The notes under the pieces: model-generated | Databases searched by the model: none | Seen by the model: only the letters and a program-made list of their open reading frames with translations | What the model was told of the DNA's origin: nothing | Position numbers and translations under genes: made by a program | Assembly (NCBI RefSeq): GCF_006345805.1 | Contig: NC_043001.1 | Location: 32,488,001-32,552,000 of the forward strand | Reading direction: 5' to 3' | DNA length: 64,000 nt | DNA from: Octopus sinensis | Taxonomy: Eukaryota | Part shown: positions 36,621-48,773 of the stretch, piece by piece | How the letters are laid out: each line of letters begins with the position of its first letter | Position numbering within the stretch: the stretch's first letter is position 1

Positions 36621-39600
36621 ATTTTATTACTACCCACAAGGGGCGAACATAGAGGGGACAATACAATCTGATGTGGGGTCAGACATACGGATGGTTCTTA
36701 CAAAAAATCGGATTTAAAAATAACATGAAATTACAAGAATATACACAAAATCGAATGATGAAACAGACCGGAAGACATTACAGGTGGAGTGGGTGCGGGT
36801 TTAGCTCGGACCCCACGAGCCCCGCCTCCCCACTGATACTTTTGGTTGCGCTTGGTATTACCATTTATGTTGTATCTTTCACTCGCAACTTCCGTGCCAC
36901 ATCTTTCCATCGTTCTTCATACACTCTCCTAGTCAGGCAAATTCTCTCCAGCTCTATCTTCCTTTTCAGGTGAAAGATGAAATAATTCATCAAACCAGGG
37001 CCAGAGATGAACTTGCCTCCCTGTAAACCTTTCACTCTCGTCTTCCATATCACCTCTTTCGCAATTGCTACTACAACGAGAAAACGAAACTTACCTTCAT
37101 TCACGAGGAAATCCGGTGGGTCAATTTTTGTAATCGACTCAGTCGACAGCTGTACTCTTCGTGTACCTGACAACAGCTGTTCGGCATAAACCCACACCTC
37201 AGACACGTCTGGACAATGAACAATAGCGTGCGGGACGGTTTCCCTATCCCGCCCGCATCTTGGACATATCGGACTGTCTCGGCCACCGTGCCTTGCGAGT
37301 TTATCCCGAACAGGTAGAGCTCCTCTGTAGCATTGCCATGCCAGAGACTTCTGGAAGTTGTCCAGTATCCTCGGCTTGAACGTACGTCGGAACAGACTGG
37401 CCAGCTGATTATCGTCGAGACCTAGGGTTTCCCCCAAGGTATCTTCACATTCCGCCTCTACCAACCCTCTATAGAAGAATGTGGTGGAACCCCCACCGCA
37501 GGCGTTGCCCGAGCGACGGAATAGCAGGAGAGCCTTGTGACACTCCGTGTACCAAGTACCGAGTTTCGATCTACGATTCGACCAGGTTTCCCGTCCACCG
37601 AAACTAGTGAACTTGGGAAACATCAGTTTTGCTAACGGAGACCACACCCGTTCACCATCCAAGTAGAGCCACAGATGTCTTAACCTCAGCGCATGTCTGC
37701 ACATCATCAGCCAAGGCATCCCTAGCCCACCCTTTAACGGTTGTTGACAGCAAGTAGAGCGTTTCACAAGTGGTTTCCTACCCTTCCACAAGAAGTAGAA
37801 GAGCTGTTTTTCCAACTTGGTCAACCACGAATCGGGGCAAGGAACGACGGAAAGGCGGTAGGTGATAACCGATGCGATAAACACATTGGCCACCTCCGCC
37901 CTCCCTTTCAAGGATAGCCACCGCCAAGACCAGGTCTTGGCTACTGCAGCCACCTTGCTCGTTACCTCGCCCCAATTCTTCTCTATTTGGAGGTCTGGAC
38001 CGAACCAGACCCCTAGCAATTTAATCGGACCCTCCGTCCAACGTCCCACGACGCTGTCAGGAGGCATAGACTTGCCTCTCCAGGTGCCGAGTTGCAAGCC
38101 GACTGACTTTTCGCGATTAACTTTTGCTCCTGTCACCGTCTCGTAAACCTCTATGGCCTTGCCTACTTTACATAGGTGGTCCATTTCGGTTACGATGATG
38201 GTGATGTCATCCGCGTACGCTGACACTGATTTTCCATTACCCGGCTGTCTCGGGATGCCGCTCAGTTTTCTTGCAGTAATGGCTCTAGAGCCATCACGTA
38301 CAAAAGCGGGGAGAGCGGACACCCTTGACGAACCGAGCGTTTGATTTTGAACGGCTTCGACAAGAAGCCGTTCACCCGAACTACCGAGTCGATGTTATCA
38401 TACATTTGGATAATCCACCTGAGGAAGCCAAGGCTCAGCCCGAACTGTGCCAGGGCAGATACCAGGTAACGATGGTCGACCCTATCAAAGGCTTTAGATT
38501 GGTCTAAATGGACCAGTACCCCACCCTTGCCAGAATCACTATTAAACCCCTCTATAGTGTACCGCATTAGATGGAGATTATCCTGAATGGATCTGCCCGG
38601 AACGGCACATGTTTGTGCCTCTCCGATCAGACCATCCGCGACACGCGCCAATCTTTTCGATAACACTTTGGCCAAAATCTTCAACTCTGTGTTTAGCAGA
38701 GTGATGGGCCTGAAATTATCAATGCACTCCCCCTTGCTCGGGTCCTTTCTGACGAGAGTCACTACTCCCCGGCGCACAGATCTGGGTATAAGCCCGTTCT
38801 GCTGCCAGTTCGCATAGACCTCCGCCAGTAGGTGCCCGAACAAGTCTGGCATACTCTTATATAACTCATAGGGTAGACCATCCAAACCCGGCGCCTTGCC
38901 TGCGCGCAGTCCGCCATTGCCTCAAACACCTCCTCAGGCGTGATTGGCCCTTCACAGCCCTCCGCATCTCGCCCCGATAAGCGCGGCAGCCCGTCGAGTA
39001 GGTCCGTAAAGGCCCTCCTCCTATCCAGTCCGCCGCACTCACCGAAAAGCTGAGCGAAGTGCTCCTGAAAGGCCTCACACATCTCCTCGGGTTCATTTAT
39101 CAACTCACCTTGTTGGTTCGTCAAAGATCGAATCGTGGCACCGTTACCATGCTGAGCTTCCACCTCTCGGGCCCATCTCACGGCGTTGATTCCTTCACAT
39201 CCCATATGGCGGATTCTAGCCCTGACAATGCAGCCCATGTGTTTGGCCTCGAGGTGCTGGTTTAACACCAGTCTCTTGGACGCCACCTGAGCCGCAGAGC
39301 CAGTTTTCATGGCTTCCTCTAATTCCTTAACTAGAGTATTATCCCCTCTAGCCTCTCTAGCCACTACTCCTATGCTATATCTAATAGACTCAAACTTGAT
39401 GGCTCGTTTGAGGGCATACCACCATTTGTTATTAATGATGGTACCGGATAGTGCCCTCTGAATTATGTTCCTAATCCGGTCTTTGTACTCCTTAATCGCC
39501 AATAGGGACGTATTAAGTTTCCAGTAACCGGATCCTCTATTTCTAACCTTATCTATGTCAAGCTTACAAGTGACCATTTTATGATCACTGTAGCTGATCG

Positions 39601-41811
39601 GGTAAAACTGTGGACACTTAGCTATTTTACTGTCTACTTTTCTAATTAGAATTCTATCTATATATGACCTGGAAGATCCGTCGCTGTTTGACCATGTCCA
39701 CAATGGAGTGTTCGGAAATTCCAGCCTATACGGATCTGCTAGCTCAAAGCGGCTTAGCAGTTCCATGAAGCCACTGTTACCTCTCCTATCTGGACACGAG
39801 CCAACACAATCTACATCCGCTTTGCAAATTGTGTTAAAGTCTCCTAGCACCACTAATGAATGCGAAGTACCAAGAAATTTTCTAGATCACGAAAATAATC
39901 ACTTTGCCCTTTTTTACTGTTGGGTGCGTAAATTGCAACCAGTCTGATAACTTTACCATTACTGAACGTCAAATCCATGACGACCAGCCTACCTTCTGGA
40001 TCTGCAAAAATAACTTTTTCTCAGAAACCGGTTTCTTTTTAATAGGACCAACACCCCTCTCCCGCCTGTAGGACTGCCAGGAGAGAAAAACTCTCGTAGC
40101 GTCGTCAACAGCGGGAGAGACCTCTTGGCCCCTCTAACCAGGTTTCTGTAGCAACAATAACATCTAACGCGACCTGATATCATGCAGGAAGCGCCCTGCT
40201 TCCAGCCTGCTCCCAGGCCGCGCACATTCAAACAACCAACATAAATGTAATCTATTACATACCTTATATCAGTGGTTCGGTTTTTTCGTTTTCTTCTTTT
40301 TTTGTCTCTTTTTCTGGGCCTCGTGGGGGAGTCTGACGCAGGCCCTCGAATATATATGGAGATGTTATATCCATTCTGAGCGGGCCTACGCCATGAAAAA
40401 ATTCGGACTTTATCCGTCCGTAATCCTTCCGGCCTATTCTGTACAATACATAGTCATTTTTCCTCCCAATTTTTTCTACTTTGGCCATCGCTGCCAACAC
40501 ATTACCGAGTCTATTGTTCGTGGCCTTAACGGCCATAAATTAGTTCGACGACTCTCTTTTTTTTTTTTGGTTTACTTTGGGAGGGGTGGTTTCAGTTTTT
40601 CTTTTTTTTTTCTAGTGATTTTTGACCACCCCTCCTCCTTTTTCGTTTCCTCGCTCTTTTTTTCCTCCGCCGTTGGTTCCGCTGCCTCTGTCACCTCCAC
40701 ACCTTCAGCCGTCCCTCCTGGGCCGACCAGCGCTGTTTCTGATGACACCTCTTCTGCTTTTCCACTTGGCTGAGCTGCTTCCTGCGGTTTGGGTTGGGGT
40801 TGGCATTCTGCCCTTACATGCCCTTTCTTACCGCAGCCGAAGCACCTCGGCTTTCTGCCCTCTACGAAGACTGTGACTCTCTCATCTTCGCTTATCTTTA
40901 GGGTCTCTGGAATCTCCTCCAGGGTTTTATTTCTGCCTGGATGGCTATTATTATCCGTTGCCCTTTCCAGAATTCTTCCTCCTCTACAGTGGCCTGGAGG
41001 ATGTTTATTTTTCCTCCAGGCCTACCATAACTGCTGCCACCAGAACTTCGGCATCCGCTTCTGGCGGAATATTATTCATTGTGATCTTGGATGTTCTTTT
41101 GCCTTTATACAGGGGTAGGAGAACAATATCCTCCGCTTTTATTGGTTCCATGGATAGCTTCTTCGCTACCTCCTCTGATGTGAATCTCACCTCCACTGTG
41201 CCGTATTTCTTCCCTCGATTGATATATGTGATTTTATCCATTATCGGCTTTAAGCAATTTTCGATTTTTTTTCCTCTTTATTTTTTGTATTGATCTGCTT
41301 GTTGTATTGAAGGTCTTATAAATTATTCTTCTATTTGTAATTTCCTCCTGTTTTTGGGCGTTTGAAGCCACGGTTACTTCCGTGCCCTCTTTTGACACAC
41401 AGTCCGCATGTTTTTTTAGGTTTTCCACATTAAGTTTTTAAATTTTCTTGCCAGCTACTTCCGAAAATTTTTTCGCTGGTGCTGGAATATCTTTTTTCTT
41501 TGGCGACCCCGCCTCTTTTTTCTTTGGCGACACCGCCGGTGATCCTGCATCACTTGTCACAGGTGAATACGAGATGGGTGATTCCATCTCCGATAACTGG
41601 CTTTAACAAGCCCTTGGCACAACCAAGATAATGATAGTTTTTCCCCCACGGAGGGGGGAACACCAACACGAAGCCCTCGCACGAAGGCCGACTTCAATAG
41701 TTGTACAACAATACAGAAAGACAGCTAGACACACAGTAGATCACCACGGAGAAAATATACACAAGGCAAAAATATAATAACTCACTATACACTATGACGA
41801 GTATTCAGTTG
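36621..41811 (-). mobile_element. Tx1/L1-type LINE, family A copy 2 (full length, about 5.2 kb)
   Basis: Nearly identical to copy 1 but retains the GLQLGTWRGK...WYTECHK segment. Most frameshifts fall in homopolymer runs. Confidence 0.92.
36865..40255 (-). pseudogene. Family A copy 2 ORF2 (APE, RT, C-terminal CCHC), split by 1-bp indels
   Basis: ORFs 39989-40231, 38762-39853, 38262-38885 and 36865-38322; C-terminal CPRCGRDRETVPHAIVHC. Confidence 0.9.
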
Positions 41812-43490
41812 ATTTTATTACTACCCACAAGGGGCGAACATAGAGGGGACAATACAATCGGGGAACTTAAAATAAGAAAGCGAATGACAAGAAAAGGAAA
41901 AAATAAAAGTAAAAAATGACATATGAAAGAATATTTACAATGAGATGTAAATGTCCACTCGATCCCCGGAATCGAGAGGTTACATTTTCGTCACATATAT
42001 TTCACAATATTTTCTTTTCTCTCTTTTTTTTTTCCTCTCACAATTCTATACATATTCCATAATTTTCTTTCAATTCTCTAAAGTCCATCACTGAGCCCTC
42101 AGGCAGCCGCTCTCTCACTCGAACACTCGTGTAAAATATTACACTCTCTCCGGCAGCTCTGAGGAACTCAGCGACTCTTTCTTCGGGGATTAGAGCAGTC
42201 TCCTGCCACTGATCGGTCATCCTGTTGACCCATATATGTCCCTCCGTATTACATGTCAAGTCTTTCATTTCAGGGCAGAAATGGAAGGTTACTAACTTGT
42301 AGAAGCAGTAATCTTGTTTCCGTCCTACGTTTTCCTTCATTTTCTTTTCGGGCTTATTTCTTCCTTGTTCTCCTCTCTTTTTTTCTCTCTTTCTCTCTTT
42401 TTGCCTTCTTTTCTTTCTCCTTCTTTCTCTTGTCTTTTTGGTTCTTTGTCTGTTCTCTCTTTCTCTCGTGTTTTATGTTCCTTTTCTTTTTCTTTTTGTG
42501 TGCCGTCTTTTCTTTTCGTTTGATTCTGATCTCTCTCTTGTTTTTTCCTGTTGTTTCTTTTTCCTTTTTTTTTTCCTGACTCTGTTTTGGTTCTATTTCT
42601 TTCTTTTCTTTTATTTCTTTTTCCTTCATTGACTTATTATTTCCTTTCTCTTGTTGTTTTGTTTCCTTTTCTATGTTTTCTTTTTCATTTACCGTATTCT
42701 TCTTTTCTTCAAGTTCCTGCTCGCACTCCGCTACGAATTCGTATAACGGGCACTCTTTTTTAATGTGCCCCCTTGTCCCACACAAGTAACAGTTTGGTTT
42801 TCTTCCCTCTACAATTACACTGAGGGTTTTTTCATCTTCAATTTCTATTCTGTAGGGGAACCTTTCAATGTCCTCTTTTGTGGCCATCAAAACAGTTCTA
42901 CCCCATATCCTCTCCAGTTTACCGCGTTGGACTCCTTAAAGGATTCCACCTCCACTTCCTCTTCTGCTGCTCCTAGAATAGCTGTTGCCAGCCATTCTGT
43001 TTTCACTTCTGGGGGTATATTCGGGATTTTAACCCGGACCCCTCTTCTTCCTTGTATGAGGGCCACATTGTGAATTTTTCGGCTCTTAGAACGGTGGTAG
43101 CCAGTGAGGCTGCAATTTCTTCCGTTGCACATCTCACCTCCACCGTACCAAATTTCTTGCCTCTACTCACGTAGGTTGTTTTCCCCATTATGTCTCCCAG
43201 ACATTTTTCAATTTCGGCTATCTCCAATCTTGCCAGTTTCTTCGTATTTTTGTCTTGGGTTCTGTATGTCACTGTCTTGCTTTCTTTATCCTCTTTTGCT
43301 TTCGCGGGGGGGATTAGCTTCACGCTATCACCCTCCCTTTTGAACAGCTTTTCATATTCTTTGAGTTTATCCTTCTCAAAGAAAACCTCCTTTATGATCA
43401 TCGACGAATCGTTATTTTTCCCGGTGACCCCCGCGTAAGTCGCCATGACTAGAGGGTCAATTCACCTTTTTCGGAAGGTTTCCACACGTG
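41812..43490 (-). mobile_element. ORF1-only non-autonomous retroelement, family B copy 1 (about 1.7 kb)
   Basis: The ORF starts MATYAGVTG and contains RGKKFGTVEVR and CYLCGTRGHIKKEC, with no EN or RT. It shares the 49-nt 3' tail of family A. Confidence 0.85.
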
Positions 43491-45246
43491 ATTTTATTAT
43501 TACCCACAAGGGGCGAACATAGAGGGGACAATACAATCGGGGAACTTAAAATAAGAAAGCGAATGACAAGAAAAGGAAAAAATAAAAGTAAAAATGACAT
43601 ATGAAAGAATATTTACAATGAGATGTAAATGCCCACTCGATCCCCGGAATCGAGAGGTTACATTTTCGTCACATATATTTCACAATATTTTCTTTTTTCT
43701 CTTCTTTCTTCTCTCTCTTCTCACTATTCTATACGTATTCCATAATAGTTTTCAATTCTCTAAAGTCAATCACTGAGCCCAGGCAGCCGCTCTCTCACTC
43801 GAACACTCGTGTAAAACGTTACACTCTCTCCGGCAGCTCTGAGGAACTCAGCGACTCTTTCTTCGGGGATTAGAGCAGTCTCCTGCCACTGATCGGTCAT
43901 CCTGTTGACCCATATATGTACCTCCGTATTACATGTCAATTCTTTCATTTCAGGGCAGAAATGGAAGGTTACTACTTGTAGAAGCCGCAATCTTGTTTCC
44001 GTCCTACGTTTTCCTTCGTTTTTCTTTTCGGGCTTATTTCTTCCTTGTTCTCCTCTCTTTGTTTCTCTCTTTCTCTCTTTTTGCCTTCTTTTCTTTCTTC
44101 TTCCTTCTCTTGTCTTTTTGGTTCTTTGTCTGTTCTCTCTTTCTCTCGTGTTTTATGTTCCTTTTCTTTTTCTTTTTGTGTGTGCCGTCTTTTCTTTTCG
44201 TTTGATTCTGATCTCTCTCTTGTTTTTTTCCTGTTGTTTCTTTTTCCTTTTTTTTTTCCTGACTCTGTTTTGGTTCTATTTCTTTCTTTTTTTTATTTCT
44301 TTTTCCTTCATTGACTTATTATTTCCTTTCTCTTGTTGTTTTGTTTCCTTTTCTATGTTTTCTTTTTCATTTACCGTATTCTTCTTTTCTTCAAGTTCCT
44401 GCTCGCACTCCGCTACGAATTCGTATAACGGGCACTCTTTTTTAATGTGCCCCCTTGTCCCGCACAAGTAGCAGTTTGGCTTTCTTCCCTCTACAATTAC
44501 ACTGAGGGTTTTCTCATCTTCAATTTCTATTCTGTAGGGGAACCTTTCAATGTCCTCTTTTGTGGCCATCAAACACAGTTCTACCCCATATCCTCTCCAG
44601 TTTACCGCGTTGGACTCCTTAAAGGATTCCACCTCCACTTCCTCTTCTGCTGCTCCTAGAATAGCTGTTGCCAGCCATTCTGTTTTTACTTCTGGGGGTA
44701 TATTCGGGATTTTAACCCGGACCCCTCTTCTTCCTTTGTATGAGGGCCACATTATAAATGTTTCCGCTCTTAGTACAGTGGTAGCCAGTGAGGCCGCAAT
44801 TTCTTCCGTTGCACATCTCACCTCCACCGTACCAAATTTCTTGCCTCTACTCACGTAGGTCGATTTCCCCATTATGTCTCCCAGACATTTTTCGATTTCT
44901 GCTATCTCCACTCTTGCCAGTTTCTTTGTAATTTTGTCTTGGGTTCTATATGTTACAGTCTTGTTTTCTTTGTCCTCTTTTGCTTTCGCGGGGGGGATTA
45001 GCTTCACGCTATCACCCTCCCTTTTGAATAGCTTTTCATATTCTTTGAGTTTACTCTTCTCAAAGAAAACATCCTTCACGATTATCGACGAATCATTATT
45101 TTTCTTTCCCGTGACCCCCGCGTAAGTCGCCATGACTAGAGGGTCAATTCACCTTCTTCAGAAGGTTTCCACACGTGGAGGCAAACGCCTCGCGCGATAT
45201 TAAATCAATTTACACAGAACAAATTTCACTGACGAGTATTCAGTTG
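43491..45246 (-). mobile_element. ORF1-only non-autonomous retroelement, family B copy 2
   Basis: Near-identical to B1 and extends to the CAACTGAATACTCGTCA 5' end (45230-45246). Confidence 0.85.
44276..45133 (-). CDS. Family B ORF1 (gag-like, CCHC knuckle, Lys/Glu-rich C-terminus)
   Basis: 285-aa open ORF, homologous to family A ORF1 (RGKK.GTVEVR...NIPPE...VEGRKP.C..CG..GH...EC). Confidence 0.8.
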   Translation of the reverse strand: MATYAGVTGKKNNDSSIIVKDVFFEKSKLKEYEKLFKREGDSVKLIPPAKAKEDKENKTVTYRTQDKITKKLARVEIAEIEKCLGDIMGKSTYVSRGKKFGTVEVRCATEEIAASLATTVLRAETFIMWPSYKGRRGVRVKIPNIPPEVKTEWLATAILGAAEEEVEVESFKESNAVNWRGYGVELCLMATKEDIERFPYRIEIEDEKTLSVIVEGRKPNCYLCGTRGHIKKECPLYEFVAECEQELEEKKNTVNEKENIEKETKQQEKGNNKSMKEKEIKKRKK

Positions 45247-45702
45247 GTGACAGTTCCGTTTTCTACTTTCTGATTTATTTATGAATAAGTGACAGATTTA
45301 AATAAGAAATGAAATTCATTCATGCAAATAATAGCCAACGGGAATATTCCACTCTCTACTATGAAAAAATAACTTAAGATACAGGTTTGTGCATAAGTGT
45401 TCGTTGTATCTAATCATCAAAAAGCTTTTATATTCCAAAAAATTATATTTTAATGTAAAAGAAAATAATAAGACGCTAAATATTTATGCTTACAACATAC
45501 TAAAATGTCTGTAATTTTTAATATAGGGGTGAATAAATGAATTCTTGTGTCCCCTATATCTAATTTTAAAAATTATATAAATTTTCCTAAGTCCGGAGCG
45601 TGAAACTAATAAACCTGTTTGCTGTTTACACGCCCGTCTTCGTCTTTTGTTCGTTTCTTTCGTAAATTCCAAATATGTATGTATGTGTGTGTATGCATAT
45701 AC

Positions 45703-45921
45703 TCTCTTTACTCTTTTACATTTTTCAGTCATTTGACTGCGGCCATGCTGGAGCACTGCCTTTAATCTAGCAACTCGACCCCGGGACTTATTCTTTTGTA
45801 AGCCCAGTACTTATTCTATCGGTCTCTTTTGCCGAACCGCTAGGTAACGGGGACATAAACGCACCAGCATCGGTTGTCAAGCAATGCTAGGGGGACAAAC
45901 ACAGTCACACAAACACACATA

Positions 45922-45958
<37 letters not shown>

Positions 45959-46126
45959 GTACGACGGGCTTCTTTTCAGTTTCTGTCTACGAAATCCACT
46001 CACAAGGCTTTGGTCGGCCCGAGGCTACAGTAGAAGACACTTGCCCAAGGTGCCACGCAGTGGGACTGAAACCGGAACCATGTGGTTGGTAAACAAGCTA
46101 CTTACCACACAGCCACTCCTGCGCCT
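45703..46126 (-). mobile_element. SINE family 1 copy
   Basis: Same structure as the other family 1 copies. Confidence 0.88.
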
Positions 46127-46137
46127 ATTATATATAA

Positions 46138-46170
<33 letters not shown>

Positions 46171-46234
46171 TTTCGTAGACAGGAACTGAAACAAATCGAT
46201 CGTATATATATGTATGTATATATGTAAGTGTATG

Positions 46235-48340
46235 TGTTTCGGTATTGGCAACATGAATGACAATGGCCAGAGACTACTTGAATTTTGCACCTGTGCATCA
46301 CTAACACATTATTTGCCAACAAGACATACCACAAGGCATCTTGGAGACATCCAAGATCTCACCACTGGCATCAGCTGGATCTCATCATTACACGAAGACC
46401 CTTTCTGAATTCTGTTCAACTGACTCGTAGTTACCACAGCGCGGATTGTGACACAGATCATTCACTAATAAGAAGCAGGGTGAGGATTCTGCCTAAAAAG
46501 TCCATCACTCGAAGAAAATGGGCCGACCACGCATTAACACTGCCAGAACCTCCGACCCTACACTGCGACAATGTTTTGCTCTTTCTATCAAAGTTGCCCT
46601 CAGTAGCTGCTCAACCACCTCTGCTGAAAGTAGGTGGAATTATATCAGGGAAGCTTTGTATACCACATCAATAGATACTTTCGGCATGAGAGAAAGGCAA
46701 AACCCAGATTTTGATCAGTGCTGGGCTCTCAGAGCTGGAAACAGTTATCGAAACAAAGCGTGCAGCTCTTATGTAATACAAGAGTGATTCTTCTATAAAG
46801 TCACTTGAAGAACTCAGAAAGGCAAGAAATAAAACCCAACTGACAGCCAGACGCTGTGCAAATAGGCATTGGCAGGAAATCTGTCAGAGTATCCAGTCAG
46901 CTGCTGACAGTGGCGACACCCGTGGGATGTATGCCGGTTTGAAGAAGGCCCTCGGTCCATCCGCAACCAAGTCAGCCCCTCTGAAATCAACTACTGGGGA
47001 TCTCATCAAGGACCAAAGCAAGCAAATGGATAGATGGGTGGAGTACTACCAGGAACTCTACTCACGAGAGACCACGGTAGCTGAGGCTGCAATCGAGGGT
47101 GTCAAGATCTTGCCAGTCATGTGTGAACTTGACAGTCTGCCATCTATAGCAGAGCTCACCAAGGCTATTAACTCCCTAGCAAGTATCTCCGGGAAAAGAC
47201 GGCATCCCCTTAGAGATCATCAAAACCGGCAAAAACACCATCCTGCTTCGGCACATTCATAAGCTTCTGTGTCAGTGCTGGGAAGAGGGTACAGTCCCTC
47301 GAGATATGCGGGATGCTAACATCATTACGTTTTACAAAAACAAAGGTGAACGTGGTGATTGTAACAATTATCGTGGAATATCTCTTCTAATCACTGTTGG
47401 GAAGGCCTCTGCTTGCATTATCCTATCCAGGCTGCAACTGCTGGCTTCTCGAATTTATCCAGAATCGCAGTGTAGCTTTAGAAGAAGCAGATCAACTATT
47501 CACATGATATTCTCCATACGCCAACTTCAGATGTCCAGAGAGCAGAAAATGCCATTATATATGGCCTTCATTGATCTGACAAAGGCTTGGTAAGTAGAAA
47601 AGGCCTCTTCATCCTGCTCCAAAAAATCGGATGTCCACCAAAGCTGCTGAAGATCATCACATCTTTCCATGATGATATACAAGGCACCATACAGCACAAT
47701 GGTTCAATATCAGCCGCCTTCTAAATAAAAAATGGAGTAAAGCAAGGTTGTGTCCTTGCTCCTACATTATTTGGCATCTTTTTCTCCTGCTGCTATCACA
47801 TGCCTTTGTGACATATAATGATGGAGTGTTTCTGCACAGTAAAAGTGATGGGAAACTGTTCAATCTCTCGCGTCTGCGTGCCAAGACCAAAATCAGAAGC
47901 GTCCTGATCAAGGAGATGCTATTTGCTGATGATGCCGCTCTGGTATCACACACAGAAGAAGCCCTACAAAGGCTCATCAACTGTTTCAAGCAAGCATGTG
48001 GCAACTTTGGCTTATTTATCAGCCTCAAGAAGACCAACATCATGGGTCAGGCTACATCGACCATCCCAAACATACATATTGGAGACCACAGACTACAGGA
48101 GGTGGAGAAGTTTACCTATCTTGGATCTACCGTCACCTAAAACCTATCCCTTGATACAGAGCTCAATATACGCATTGGCAAGGCAGCTGCTGTGATGGCC
48201 TAACTCTCCAAACGGGCATGGGACAACAATAAGCTGACCAAGACCACAAAAATGAAGATTTACCAGGCATGCGTACTTAACATTCTACTGTATGGAAGTG
48301 AGACTTGGACGCCATACACACGCCATACGACGCCATACGT
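46235..48340 (+). mobile_element. RTE-clade (BovB-like) LINE ORF fragment, decayed
   Basis: Contains NDNGQRLLEFC, SWRHPRSHHWHQLDLII, HSADCDTDHSL, NYRGISLL, FIDLTKA, GVKQGCVLAPTLF, LFADDAAL and VEKFTYLGS. Confidence 0.9.
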
Positions 48341-48357
48341 CGCCTAAATATCTTTCA

Positions 48358-48670
48358 TTTGTAAGCCCAGTACTTATTCTATCGGTCTCTTTTGCCGAAC
48401 CGCTAAGTGACGGGGACGTAAACACACCAGCATCGGTTGTCAAGCAATGCTAGGGGGACAAACACAGACACACAAACATATACACACACACTTATATATA
48501 TATACATATATACGACAGGCTTCTTTCAGTTTCTGTCTACCAAATCCACTCACAAAGCATTGGTCGGCCCGGGGCTATAGCAGAAGACACTTACCCAAGA
48601 TGCCACGCAGTGGGACTGAACCCAGAACCATGTGGCTGGTTAGCAAGCTACTTACCACACAGCCACTCCT
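48358..48670 (-). mobile_element. SINE family 1 copy (tail truncated) abutting the RTE fragment
   Basis: Head and body as in the other copies. Confidence 0.85.
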
Positions 48671-48672
48671 GT

Positions 48673-48773
<101 letters not shown>

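Noticed and set aside
33134-41293. Plus-strand ORFs duplicated in A1 and A2 (e.g. 33134-33316/38325-38507, 35683-36132)
   Set aside because: They are antisense shadows of ORF1 and ORF2, duplicated only because the element is duplicated.
38880-43100. Frameshifts in A2 and B1 as programmed frameshifting
   Set aside because: They differ between near-identical copies and mostly fall in homopolymer runs, so sequencing error or decay is more likely.
31978-45246. LTR retrotransposon or CRISPR-like reading of the repeated 49-nt block
   Set aside because: The repeats are the 3' tails of successive non-LTR units. There is no integrase, protease or PBS, and the intervening sequences are kb-long coding units.
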